Assembly (NCBI GenBank): GCA_965226375.1 | Contig: CBDDCX010000008.1 | Location: 864,001 to 928,000 of the forward strand | DNA: 64,000 nt | DNA from: Longimicrobiales bacterium | Lineage (GTDB): Bacteria; Gemmatimonadota; Gemmatimonadetes; Longimicrobiales; Gaopeijiaceae | Direction of reading: 5' to 3' | In this document: in pieces, positions 22,692-32,100 of the stretch | Layout: the number at the start of each line of letters is the position of its first letter | How positions within the stretch are numbered: the first letter of the stretch is position 1 | Notes under the pieces: model-generated | Databases searched by the model: none | What the model was told of the DNA's origin: nothing | What the model saw: the letters and a program-made list of their open reading frames with translations, nothing else | Translations under genes and position numbers: made by a program

Positions 22692-23509
22692 TCGAGCTCA
22701 CACCGCTGGACGTACGGAAGAAGCGAGGCGGCTTCGCCAAGGCTCTCCGTGGCTACGAAGCCCAGGAGGTGGACCTATTCCTCGAGGTCGTGGCTGAGCG
22801 GATGGAGGTGCTGGTCAAGGAGAACCTCCAGCTGAAGGAGCGTTCTGAAAGGCTCGGGGAGCAGGTGAAGGGGCAGGAAGGACGTGAACACGCCGTGCAG
22901 GAGGCACTGGTAACGGCTCAAGAACTCCGCGAGGAGGTGAAGGTCCAGGCCAAGCGTGAGGCAGAACTCCTGGAGAGGGAGGCACGTGGCCGCATTGAGC
23001 GGATGCTGCACGAAGCCGACAAACTCCTTGGTGAACGCCAGTCCGCGCTCGAGGAGCTGGAGAGACACCGTACCCGCTTCCTCAAGGCTTTTCGAACCCT
23101 TCTGGAGAGAGAGCTGGACGCGGTCGAGGTGGAGTCCAGCCGAACTCCCCTCGAAGATGTCACGCTCGATCTCGAGTTGGGGCGGGGCAGTTGGACGGCT
23201 CAGGAGGTCGTCGAGGACGGCGAGGCGGAGGTGCCGATCGACGAGGGCGAAGCGTCGGACGGGGTGGTCTCCGACAGTGACCCCGGTGCCGAAGCGGTAG
23301 ACCCCCGCGCGGCTCAAGAGGCGGATGAGGATGCTTCAGAGCCGGAGGCACCCGATCTCCAGGCAGAATCGCCTACCGAGGAGTCCGGGACGATAGCCGA
23401 GGCCGATGTGGTCGAGGACGCCGGTATCGATGCCGACAAGGCTGCTGACGCTGAGAGCTCGCTATGGCTTTCCTCGATCTTGAAGCGAGACCAACAGGAG
23501 TCCGATTGA
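22688..23509 (+). CDS. DivIVA domain protein with acidic tail
   Basis: LTPLDVRKK..F..ALRGY...EVD.FL N-terminus, then coiled coil. Confidence 0.9.
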   Translation: MIELTPLDVRKKRGGFAKALRGYEAQEVDLFLEVVAERMEVLVKENLQLKERSERLGEQVKGQEGREHAVQEALVTAQELREEVKVQAKREAELLEREARGRIERMLHEADKLLGERQSALEELERHRTRFLKAFRTLLERELDAVEVESSRTPLEDVTLDLELGRGSWTAQEVVEDGEAEVPIDEGEASDGVVSDSDPGAEAVDPRAAQEADEDASEPEAPDLQAESPTEESGTIAEADVVEDAGIDADKAADAESSLWLSSILKRDQQESD

Positions 23510-23511
23510 GG

Positions 23512-24327
23512 ATGGAGTGGGACCGCATCCGGGATAGCACGCGGGCGATCCGAGATCAGGTTTCGGCCGAGCCCCGTATCGGGATCGTCCTGGGTACCGG
23601 CCTTGGCGCCCTGGCCAACGAGATCGAGATCGACACGTCGATCTCTTATGAGGACATCCCGCACTTCCCGGGTCCCACGGTCGAGAGCCACTCCGGTCGC
23701 TTGCTGTTCGGAAGGCTGGAGGGAGTGCCGATCGTGGCCATGCAGGGGCGCTTCCACCTTTATGAGGGCTACAACGTTCGGGATGTCACCCTGCCCATAC
23801 GAGTCATGGGTAATCTTGGAGTCGAGACGCTCGTCGTTTCCGGCGCAGTGGGGGGAATGCACCCACTGTGGGCCCCCGGCGACTTGGTCGTCCTTGATGA
23901 TCACATCAATCTGCTGGGTGACAACCCGCTGGTCGGAGAGAACATCGACGCTCTTGGGCCGCGCTTTCCTGACATGTCCGAGCCGTATGACCGAGCGCTG
24001 CAGGAAGTCGTGACGAAGACGGCTTTGGAGCTGTCCATCCCTCTCCGCCGGGGCGTATACGCGGCGGTCGTCGGACCCAACCTGGAGACTCGGGCGGAGT
24101 ATCGAATGCTCCGGGGGATGGGGGCCGATGTCGTTGGAATGTCCACGGTGCCGGAGGTGATCGTTGCTCGGCATATGGGTATGAAGGTCCTGGGTCTCTG
24201 CATCATCACGGATCAATGCCTTCCCGACGCGCTGGAAGAGGCAGACGTTGAGAGCATCATCGCCACGGCGATGGAGGCGGAGCCCAGACTCACCAAGCTC
24301 ATCCGGGCCGTGATCGCGCGGATCTGA
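23512..24327 (+). CDS. punA: Purine-nucleoside phosphorylase (trimeric type)
   Basis: LGTGLG, QGRFHLYEGY, GPNLETRAE, GADVVGMSTVPE. Confidence 0.93.
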   Translation: MEWDRIRDSTRAIRDQVSAEPRIGIVLGTGLGALANEIEIDTSISYEDIPHFPGPTVESHSGRLLFGRLEGVPIVAMQGRFHLYEGYNVRDVTLPIRVMGNLGVETLVVSGAVGGMHPLWAPGDLVVLDDHINLLGDNPLVGENIDALGPRFPDMSEPYDRALQEVVTKTALELSIPLRRGVYAAVVGPNLETRAEYRMLRGMGADVVGMSTVPEVIVARHMGMKVLGLCIITDQCLPDALEEADVESIIATAMEAEPRLTKLIRAVIARI

Positions 24328-24353
24328 ATACATCGAAGGTAGGGCAACAATCC

Positions 24354-27300
24354 ATGCGATATCCCGATATACCCGACACGCTTCTCGCGCTTGAAGAGGA
24401 GACGATCGCCCGTTGGCGGGCCGACGACCTCTTCCGCCAGACGCTAGAGGCCACCGAGGACGGAGAGCCCTTCGTCTTCTATGAGGGCCCGCCGACGGCG
24501 AACGGCAAGCCCGGCCTCCATCACATCATCAGTCGCACCATCAAGGACCTCGTGTGTCGGCTGCGGACCATGGAAGGCAGGAGCGTTACACGAATCGCCG
24601 GTTGGGATACCCACGGCCTGCCGGTGGAGATCGAAGCTGAAAAACGGCTGGGCATCAGCGGCAAACCCGAGATCGAAGCGCTTGGGATCGCGGAGTTCAA
24701 TGAGGCCTGCCGGAGCTCCGTGTTCACATACAAAGAGGACTGGGAGAACCTGTCCGAGCGCATCGGATACTGGCTCGACTACTCGCGTCCATACGTCACC
24801 TTCCATCCGGGATATGTGGAGAGCGTTTGGTGGATCTTCAAACAGCTGGCCGATCGTGGATTGCTCTACAAGGGATATAAGAGCGTTCCGTATTGTCCCC
24901 GTTGCGGGACCGCGCTCAGCTCCCACGAGGTAGCCCAGGGTTACAAGGACATCGAGGACTCGTCGCTACACTTCCTCTGCCAGTGGCTCACGGCGGACGG
25001 TGCGCCCGACCCAGAGGGGCGAGCCTTCGTGGTGTGGACCACCACCCCATGGACCGTTCCTTCGAACACCGGACTCGCTGTTCACCCGGATCTGACGTAT
25101 GTGCAGGTAGAGGTGGATGGAAAGGCTCTGGTCCTGGCGGAGGATCGACTCGAGGCGGTGATGGGCAAGGGGGTCGACGTGGTCCGTCGCTACGGGGGGA
25201 CCGAGCTGGCCGGACTCCGGTACGCGCGTCCACTCGAGGTGGTGGCTATGCCCGCAGACCGGCAGAACGGCTGGACCGTGGTCAACGAGGACTTCGTCAG
25301 CTCCGAGGACGGGACCGGCATCGTGCACATGGCACCGGCCTTCGGCTCGGACGACTACGCGGCAGGGCAGCGCCACGGTCTTCCCATGCTCAGGCCCATC
25401 GACGACGCCGGGTGTTTTCTTCCTGACGTGGAGTTGGTCGGAGGCGTGTTCGTGAAGGACGCCGATCCGAGATTGGTAGAGGCCCTCGACGCGGCCGGCA
25501 ACATGTTCCGGTTCGGCACCGAGGTACACTCCTACCCGCATTGCTGGAGGTGCGAGTCCCCGCTCCTGTATCTGGCCAGGGATTCATGGTTTGCCGCGAC
25601 GTCTACGCTCAAGGAAGAGATGCTCGCGAATAACGCCGCCGCCAACTGGTTTCCACCGGACGTGGGCGAGGGGCGGATGGGAGAGTGGCTCAAGGGTAAC
25701 GTGGACTGGGCTCTGTCGCGGGATCGGTACTGGGGTACGCCACTACCCGTTTGGGTGTGTGACGCCGAGGACGATCACCTGGAGTGGATCGGCAGCTTCG
25801 CGGAGCTGGCGGGGCGTGCCGGGCCCTTGGGCGAGGACTTTGATCCCCACCGCCCGTACATCGACGAGCACACCTGGAGATGTAGTCAGTGTGCCGGCAC
25901 CATGCGCAGGGCGCCCGAGGTAGTCGACGCTTGGTTCGATTCGGGGTCTATGCCCTTTGCCCAGTGGCATTACCCGTTTGAGCACGAAGATGATTTCGAG
26001 CGGCACTTTCCGGCGGACTTCATCTGTGAAGGACTAGACCAGACCCGGGGCTGGTTCTATTCCCTTATCGCCATCTCGACCATGCTGGGGAAAGGGCCTC
26101 CCTTCAGGAACGTGGTCGTCAACAATCTGATCCTGGATGCCGAGGGTCAGAAGATGTCGAAGTCCAAGGGGAACACCGTCGATCCGTGGGACGCCATCGC
26201 TGATCACGGGGCCGACGGGATTCGCTGGTACTACATCACGTCGAGCAATCCGTGGGTTCCGAAACGGTACGATCCGGCCGCGGTCCGGGAGAGCTCGCGC
26301 AAGTTCCTGGACACGCTGGTCAACACCTACCGCTTCTTTACGCTGTACGCCAATGCCGAGGAATGGGCGCCATCGGACGCCGATCCTGCGCCGGCCGACC
26401 GTAGCTTACTCGATCGGTGGCTTCTGTCTCGCCTGACGTCTGTGGTAGCCGAGGTCCGTGAAGAATTGGACTCCTATCAGCTTACGAGGGCATATCGGAT
26501 CCTGGGAGAGTTTGTCAGTGAGGAGCTGTCGAACTGGTACGTGCGACGGTCGCGCCCGCGATTCTGGGGAAACGCGGTCGATTCTGACGCACGGGCCGCC
26601 TTCCGGACGCTGTGGGAGGCTCTCCGCACCGTGTGCCTCGTGGCGGCCCCGGTGACGCCGTTCGTGACGGACTGGATCCATCACGGCCTCACGGGAGAGA
26701 GCGTGCATCTTCAGTCCTTCCCCCAGGCCGACTCCGACCGCGTCGACCAGGCCCTCGAAGACGAGATGGCGGCGGTCCGGGCCTTGGTCTCCCTTGGGCG
26801 GGCGGCGCGGGAAGAGGTCAAGATCCGTGTGCGGCAGCCGCTCCAAAGACTGTTCGCTGTGGTTCCGGGCGACGTGGACATCCGTCTCGAGATCCTGAGT
26901 TTGCTCAGGGACGAGCTCAATGTGAAGGAGGTGGACTTCCTGACCTCGGCTGTCGGGCTGGTCACTCTGGTCGCCAAGCCCAACTTCAAGACTCTCGGCC
27001 CTCGTTTCCAGAAGGACTCCGAGCTTGCGGCTGCGGCGATCCGGAGCCTTTCGCCCGACGTCCTAGGAATGTACCGGAGCGGAGAGCCGGTCTCGATCGA
27101 GGTGGCGGGACGAACCACACACTTGGAGGCCGACGACCTGGAGGTTGTCGAGGAGTCGAAGGGCGAGCTGGTTGTGCGCTCAGAGGGCGGCTACACCGCG
27201 GCACTGGACCCTATACTCGACGACGAACTCCGCGCCGAGGGACGCGCCAGAGAGTTGGTCAACCGTATCCAGCGTCTTCGTAAGGAGGGTGGCCTCGAGA

Positions 27301-27551
27301 TCACCGACAGGATTCGACTTGCCGTCTTCGGGCCGGACGAGATTCAGTCCGCGGCCGATCACTACCGCGACTTCATTTCCGGAGAGACCCTGTCCGTGCA
27401 GTTGGACATCGGCAGTGCCGACGGTGACGCAGAGGGCTACGAAGCGACCTCGAACATCCGGATCGACGATCTCACCGCAGTAATCGCCTTGAACAGAGTG
27501 GTGGAGTCCGACTCTGCAGCAGAAGCCGGCGTGGCCGAGACCGGGGACTGA
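24354..27551 (+). CDS. ileS: Isoleucine--tRNA ligase, type 2 (long C-terminal extension)
   Basis: EGPPTANG, GWDTHGLPVE, WTTTPWT, DWALSR.RYWG, DQTRGWFY, KMSKS. Confidence 0.97.
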   Translation: MRYPDIPDTLLALEEETIARWRADDLFRQTLEATEDGEPFVFYEGPPTANGKPGLHHIISRTIKDLVCRLRTMEGRSVTRIAGWDTHGLPVEIEAEKRLGISGKPEIEALGIAEFNEACRSSVFTYKEDWENLSERIGYWLDYSRPYVTFHPGYVESVWWIFKQLADRGLLYKGYKSVPYCPRCGTALSSHEVAQGYKDIEDSSLHFLCQWLTADGAPDPEGRAFVVWTTTPWTVPSNTGLAVHPDLTYVQVEVDGKALVLAEDRLEAVMGKGVDVVRRYGGTELAGLRYARPLEVVAMPADRQNGWTVVNEDFVSSEDGTGIVHMAPAFGSDDYAAGQRHGLPMLRPIDDAGCFLPDVELVGGVFVKDADPRLVEALDAAGNMFRFGTEVHSYPHCWRCESPLLYLARDSWFAATSTLKEEMLANNAAANWFPPDVGEGRMGEWLKGNVDWALSRDRYWGTPLPVWVCDAEDDHLEWIGSFAELAGRAGPLGEDFDPHRPYIDEHTWRCSQCAGTMRRAPEVVDAWFDSGSMPFAQWHYPFEHEDDFERHFPADFICEGLDQTRGWFYSLIAISTMLGKGPPFRNVVVNNLILDAEGQKMSKSKGNTVDPWDAIADHGADGIRWYYITSSNPWVPKRYDPAAVRESSRKFLDTLVNTYRFFTLYANAEEWAPSDADPAPADRSLLDRWLLSRLTSVVAEVREELDSYQLTRAYRILGEFVSEELSNWYVRRSRPRFWGNAVDSDARAAFRTLWEALRTVCLVAAPVTPFVTDWIHHGLTGESVHLQSFPQADSDRVDQALEDEMAAVRALVSLGRAAREEVKIRVRQPLQRLFAVVPGDVDIRLEILSLLRDELNVKEVDFLTSAVGLVTLVAKPNFKTLGPRFQKDSELAAAAIRSLSPDVLGMYRSGEPVSIEVAGRTTHLEADDLEVVEESKGELVVRSEGGYTAALDPILDDELRAEGRARELVNRIQRLRKEGGLEITDRIRLAVFGPDEIQSAADHYRDFISGETLSVQLDIGSADGDAEGYEATSNIRIDDLTAVIALNRVVESDSAAEAGVAETGD

Positions 27552-28517
27552 ATGACCGCCGAGGAGCACGTCGAGATCTTGACCGTCGAGCGGGACGGCG
27601 ACCGACTGGACGCCTACGTGGCAGCCCATCTGGATCTTTCGCGGACCCGGGTACAGGCTTTGGTGGAGGACGGGCTGGTTCTGCTGAACGGCCAACCAGC
27701 GCGGAAGTCAGAGCGGCTCGACGTCGGTCAGCAGATTGAGGTTCGCGTCCCGGCGCCGGAACCGTTGACCCTCGAACCTGAGGACATACCCCTCGACGTT
27801 TTCTTCGAGGACGGCTCGGTGCTGGTTGTGAACAAGGCGGCCGGAATGGTTGTTCATCCCGGTCGGGGGCACTCCACCGGTACGTTGGTCAACGCCTTGT
27901 TGGCGCATGCCACCGACCTCTCCGGCATCGGTGGAAAGCTCCGGCCGGGCATCGTACATCGGCTGGATAAGGATACGTCGGGACTCTTGGTGGTGGCCAA
28001 GACCGACGCCGCACATCATGCCCTTTCCGAAGCGCTCCAACGACGTGAGATTAAGCGTTTATACCAAGCGGCGTCCTGGGGCCACCTCTCCGAGTCGCCG
28101 CTCGAGGTGGAGGCGCCGGTGGGCCGAGATCCGGCCAACCGGCGGCGCATGGCCGTGGTGCAAGGCGGGAGGCGAGCGGTCACTCACTTTCGCGTGGCCG
28201 AGCACTGGCCCGGAGCGGAACTCTTGGAGGTCGCACTCGAGACCGGAAGGACCCATCAGATCAGGGTTCACCTTTCCCATATCGGGCATCCGGTGGTTGG
28301 GGACGCCGTGTACGGGGTGGGCTGGGAGAGAGGGATGAGTGGAAAAGCACATCGTTGGGCCCAGTTGCTCAACAAGCGGGTACCAAGGCAGTTCCTTCAC
28401 GCGTGGCGGCTCTCCTTCCGACATCCTGTCAGTGAGGAGACTCTCCGCTTCGAGGCACCGCTGCCAGAAGACTTGAGTTCGTGTGCCGAGTGGGCACGAT
28501 CGGAAGAGGGACTATGA
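27552..28517 (+). CDS. rluD: RluA family pseudouridine synthase (RluD-like)
   Basis: S4 domain, NKAAGMVVHP, HRLDKDTSG, TGRTHQIRVH. Confidence 0.93.
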   Translation: MTAEEHVEILTVERDGDRLDAYVAAHLDLSRTRVQALVEDGLVLLNGQPARKSERLDVGQQIEVRVPAPEPLTLEPEDIPLDVFFEDGSVLVVNKAAGMVVHPGRGHSTGTLVNALLAHATDLSGIGGKLRPGIVHRLDKDTSGLLVVAKTDAAHHALSEALQRREIKRLYQAASWGHLSESPLEVEAPVGRDPANRRRMAVVQGGRRAVTHFRVAEHWPGAELLEVALETGRTHQIRVHLSHIGHPVVGDAVYGVGWERGMSGKAHRWAQLLNKRVPRQFLHAWRLSFRHPVSEETLRFEAPLPEDLSSCAEWARSEEGL

Positions 28518-28536
28518 TCAAGGCAGGTAAAAACCG

Positions 28537-30477
28537 GTGGTAGCGACGGATCTAGACCCGAGGTTCACCTTCGACAGCTTCGTCGTGGGGCCTGCCCATC
28601 GGCTCGCATCGGCGGCAGCACGGCGGGCAGCCGACGCCCCCGGCACCTCGTATAACCCACTCTTCATCTATTCCGGATCGGGCCTGGGCAAGAGCCATAT
28701 TCTCAGCGGCATCGCCCACTACGCGACGAAGGTCCACCCGGAGTACGGTGTGGTCTACCTCGCGGTCGAGGTCTTCCTCGATGAGCTGACACGCGCCCTG
28801 GAGGCCGGCACCCAGGACGAGATGCGCGAGCAGTACGAGGAGCTTCACATTCTGCTTCTCGACGACGTGCAGTTCCTGACGGGGCAGAAGGAGGCCCAGG
28901 AGATGCTGCTGCGCCTCCTGGACCAGCTCAGCGCATCCGGCGGTCAGATTGTCCTGGCCAGTGATCGCCCACCGTCGGAGATCGACGGTCTCGACGAGCG
29001 TCTTGTCACGCGGTTCTCCGGAGGCTTGATCGTCGATATTGCGGCTCCGGAGTACGAGACCAAGGTCGCGATTCTCCGCAAGAAGGCGGAGGAGCGCGGT
29101 CAGATCTTCGAGGCGGGGGTGGCCGAAGCACTGGCCAAGAACTCTTTCAAGAGCGTCCGTGAGCTTGCCGGTGCCCTCAACAAGGTGCTGGCGATCCAGG
29201 AGCTCGAGGGTAGACAGGTCACGGTCGACGAGATCAAGGGCATGCCCGGGCTTCAGGCCGACTCCCCGGCTGAAGGCCCCGTCGCCGGGCAGCAGCTCCT
29301 GGACGAATTCGGTTCGTTCATGGAGGAACTGAGCCAGACGGTGGCCACGAAGGTCGAGCGGGAAGAGGCTCCGTGGAGGAGGGTGCTCAGGGAAACGGTA
29401 GAGACGTTCGAAAAGGATGGGTATTCCGGGACCCGCCTCCGCATGATGTTCGAGTCAGATAAGGCCCCTGACGATCCGCAGGCGATGGCTGATGAGTTCC
29501 GACGGGACATCACTCGACTGCGCCAAATCGGTAAGGCACTCGACCGGGTCGGGAATCCGTGGCCCGAGGCCGCAATCGGCCTCCTGAAGGATCCTGAGCG
29601 ACTGGATGAGGCCGAGTCTCTGCTCGCCTCCGCGATGGAGCGCGTGCGCCCCTGCCCGCTTATTGGTGAGGGACCGCTGCTCGAAGACCTGGAGGCCCAC
29701 TACCCCGCAGTGGCACTGAAGGCGGCTCAACAGTTGGTCACGGAGGAGCGCCCGGAGTACAACCCTCTCTACGTGTGGAGCGCGCAGCCTGACGGACCGA
29801 TGGCCCTATTGGGGGCTACGGCTCGGACCTATAGGGACCACGACAAGCTCGGGAACTACGCCATCGTGTCCGCGAAGGAGTTTTCGGAAGATTTCATTCG
29901 GGCGCTGTCCGATGGGGTGGCGGGTGCCTGGAGAGAGCGTTGGTGGGGTGTCGATCTCCTCCTGGTGTATGATGCCCAGGCGCTCTCCGACACGGAGCGG
30001 GCACAGGACGAGTTTTTCCACCTCCCCGAGGCGTCCAAGCGTAAGGGAGCCAAGATCCTCATTACGGCGGATCGAGAGCCGTCAGGGATCACCGGCATCG
30101 ACGATCGCCTACGCTCTCGCTTCGAGATGGGTTTGGTCGTGGAAGGCACGGTTGACTCGCTGCCTTCCGGAGCGGGTACGTTGAACCTCGAGGACGCACC
30201 ACCGGAATACATCCAGGACGAGGATCTTTGGTCTGGGTTCATCCGGCCCAAGGTCGGAGCTGTTGTCGTTCCCCCACTTGATGAACTCGAGGTGGGGGAT
30301 CGGGCCGGAATGATCATCATGGAGCCTGAGGTAGTGGCCGCCGAGGTGGAGGAGGTCGAGCCGGATGCCACGCCAACAGCCGATCCGGGCTCCCCGTGGA
30401 GTCCCTCCAGGGAAAACGTGGTTTGGGACTGGCCGGTCATCGAGGACCGCATCGTGGACGTCGACAAGGGAGACTAG
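28537..30477 (+). CDS. DnaA/Hda-family protein: two DnaA-type AAA+ modules, no domains I/II or IV
   Basis: FTFDSFVVG, YNPLFIY, GSGLGKS, LLLDDVQFL, SDRPP, RLVTRF, SVRELAGAL; second degenerate module YNPLYVW...ADREP...DRLRSRF. Confidence 0.85.
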   Translation: MVATDLDPRFTFDSFVVGPAHRLASAAARRAADAPGTSYNPLFIYSGSGLGKSHILSGIAHYATKVHPEYGVVYLAVEVFLDELTRALEAGTQDEMREQYEELHILLLDDVQFLTGQKEAQEMLLRLLDQLSASGGQIVLASDRPPSEIDGLDERLVTRFSGGLIVDIAAPEYETKVAILRKKAEERGQIFEAGVAEALAKNSFKSVRELAGALNKVLAIQELEGRQVTVDEIKGMPGLQADSPAEGPVAGQQLLDEFGSFMEELSQTVATKVEREEAPWRRVLRETVETFEKDGYSGTRLRMMFESDKAPDDPQAMADEFRRDITRLRQIGKALDRVGNPWPEAAIGLLKDPERLDEAESLLASAMERVRPCPLIGEGPLLEDLEAHYPAVALKAAQQLVTEERPEYNPLYVWSAQPDGPMALLGATARTYRDHDKLGNYAIVSAKEFSEDFIRALSDGVAGAWRERWWGVDLLLVYDAQALSDTERAQDEFFHLPEASKRKGAKILITADREPSGITGIDDRLRSRFEMGLVVEGTVDSLPSGAGTLNLEDAPPEYIQDEDLWSGFIRPKVGAVVVPPLDELEVGDRAGMIIMEPEVVAAEVEEVEPDATPTADPGSPWSPSRENVVWDWPVIEDRIVDVDKGD

Positions 30478-30483
30478 GGTGAT

Positions 30484-32100
30484 ATGGCGATTGAAGGTGC
30501 TCTCGCAGACGTCAGCTTGGCGGACATCTCCCAACTGCTGGCCATGGGGGGTAAGACCGGCTGCCTGTCACTCACGGACCAGTCCAATTTCGGCTACATC
30601 TACTTCGATGCCGGTCGGGTCGTTTACGCGTCGGTGGTAAATCGCCCGGACCGCCTCGGCGAGCTTCTGGTTAAGAACAATGTCATCGATCGGGAACAGC
30701 TCTCGGTGGCCATGGAGAGGCAGGCGCACGAGAAGGGCAAGAAGCTGGGTGAGTTGTTGGTGGACGGCGGGGCCCTGACCCAGGAGGATCTCGAGCGGTA
30801 CATCTCCATGCAGATCGAAGAGGCCGTCTACCACGTCTTCCAGTGGAACCAGGGTACCTTCCAGTTCCAACCCGACATCAAGCCTGAAGAGCACGTGATG
30901 CGGGTGTCCATCAGCATCGACGCGCTCCTGATGGAGGGAGCCCGTCGCGTGGACGAGTGGAGCCTCATCGAGAAGAAGATCTCTTCCATGGACCTGATCT
31001 TCGCGCTCGAGCGGGACCCACGTCAGGAAGAAGGGATCGACCTCACCGATGGCCAGCAGCGCATTGTCCCACTCATCGACGGGAAGCGCTCGGTGGGCGA
31101 CCTCGTGGACGAGTCGGGACTGGTGGAGTTCGACACTGGCAAGGCGCTGTACGGACTCATCCAGGCGGGTTTCGCGGTCCAGATAGGTAAGCGAGCCGCG
31201 GAGTCGAAGGTAAAGGGCTCTGTGGACGAGCACCTCAACCTCGGCTTGGCGTTTTACCGGTCGGGGATGCTCGAGGACGCCATACGGGAGTTTCGGAAGA
31301 CCCTCGAGCTGGAGGTGAAGCACCCCCAAGCGCGGGCGTATCTCGGCCTCATCAGCCTCAAGTCAGGGCGGTCGCAAGAGGCGAGCGTGCACTTCGACGA
31401 GATGGGCGAAGGCGCCGAGATGACCTATCCGCTCCAACGGAACCGTGCGTTGGCACTCGAGCGGATTGGGCGTTACGAAGAGTCGCTCGCGGTGCTGGAA
31501 GAGGCCGAGAAACTCGATGGAGACGACCCCGGTCTTCTGCTTGCCCGCGGGATCGTGCAGTTCAAGGCTGGGGACGGAGCCGCCGCTATGGGCGCGTTCA
31601 AGGGCTACCAAGACGGGGTCGGGGATGAGGCTCTGTCGCCGGTGTTCTTTGCGTTCTCAGTGCTGGCGGCGGGGATCGCGGGTGACATGGATCGTGCGGT
31701 CGAGATCGGTCGTGAGGGCCTGAAGCAGTATCCCGATAACGGGGCGATCCTGGTGAACACCGGAGCCGTTCTGGAGCATCGCGGAGAGAACGAAGCGGCC
31801 GAGAGTTACTACGAGCGGGCTTTGGAGAATAAGCCCGTGGTGCCGCAGGCACACAAAGCGTTGGGTGACCAGGCTCTACGTCGTGGAGACAAGGAACGGG
31901 CGCAGGCTCAGTACCAGCTCGCCGTGGAGGCGGATCCTAGGCTTGGAGAAGACGTCTACATCAAGCTCGGCGCCATGGCCCTCGAGAACTCCCAGACGGC
32001 CGAGGCAGGGGCTTTGTGGCGGCGTGCCCTCGAGATCAACCCCGAGAACCACGCGCTTCAGGCCAAGCTCGATCAGATCGGAGCGTCTGAAGGAGCGTGA
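30484..32100 (+). CDS. DUF4388 (PatA-N-like) + MshEN/GSPII-N-like + TPR protein
   Basis: MAIEG.L.D.SLADI.QLL....KTG.L N-terminus, RLGELL/KLGELL repeats, several TPR motifs. Confidence 0.82.
   Translation: MAIEGALADVSLADISQLLAMGGKTGCLSLTDQSNFGYIYFDAGRVVYASVVNRPDRLGELLVKNNVIDREQLSVAMERQAHEKGKKLGELLVDGGALTQEDLERYISMQIEEAVYHVFQWNQGTFQFQPDIKPEEHVMRVSISIDALLMEGARRVDEWSLIEKKISSMDLIFALERDPRQEEGIDLTDGQQRIVPLIDGKRSVGDLVDESGLVEFDTGKALYGLIQAGFAVQIGKRAAESKVKGSVDEHLNLGLAFYRSGMLEDAIREFRKTLELEVKHPQARAYLGLISLKSGRSQEASVHFDEMGEGAEMTYPLQRNRALALERIGRYEESLAVLEEAEKLDGDDPGLLLARGIVQFKAGDGAAAMGAFKGYQDGVGDEALSPVFFAFSVLAAGIAGDMDRAVEIGREGLKQYPDNGAILVNTGAVLEHRGENEAAESYYERALENKPVVPQAHKALGDQALRRGDKERAQAQYQLAVEADPRLGEDVYIKLGAMALENSQTAEAGALWRRALEINPENHALQAKLDQIGASEGA

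Noticed and set aside
28537..30477. Canonical dnaA / replication origin
   Set aside because: No domain I or IV, no dnaN/recF/gyrB neighbours, and I saw no DnaA-box cluster
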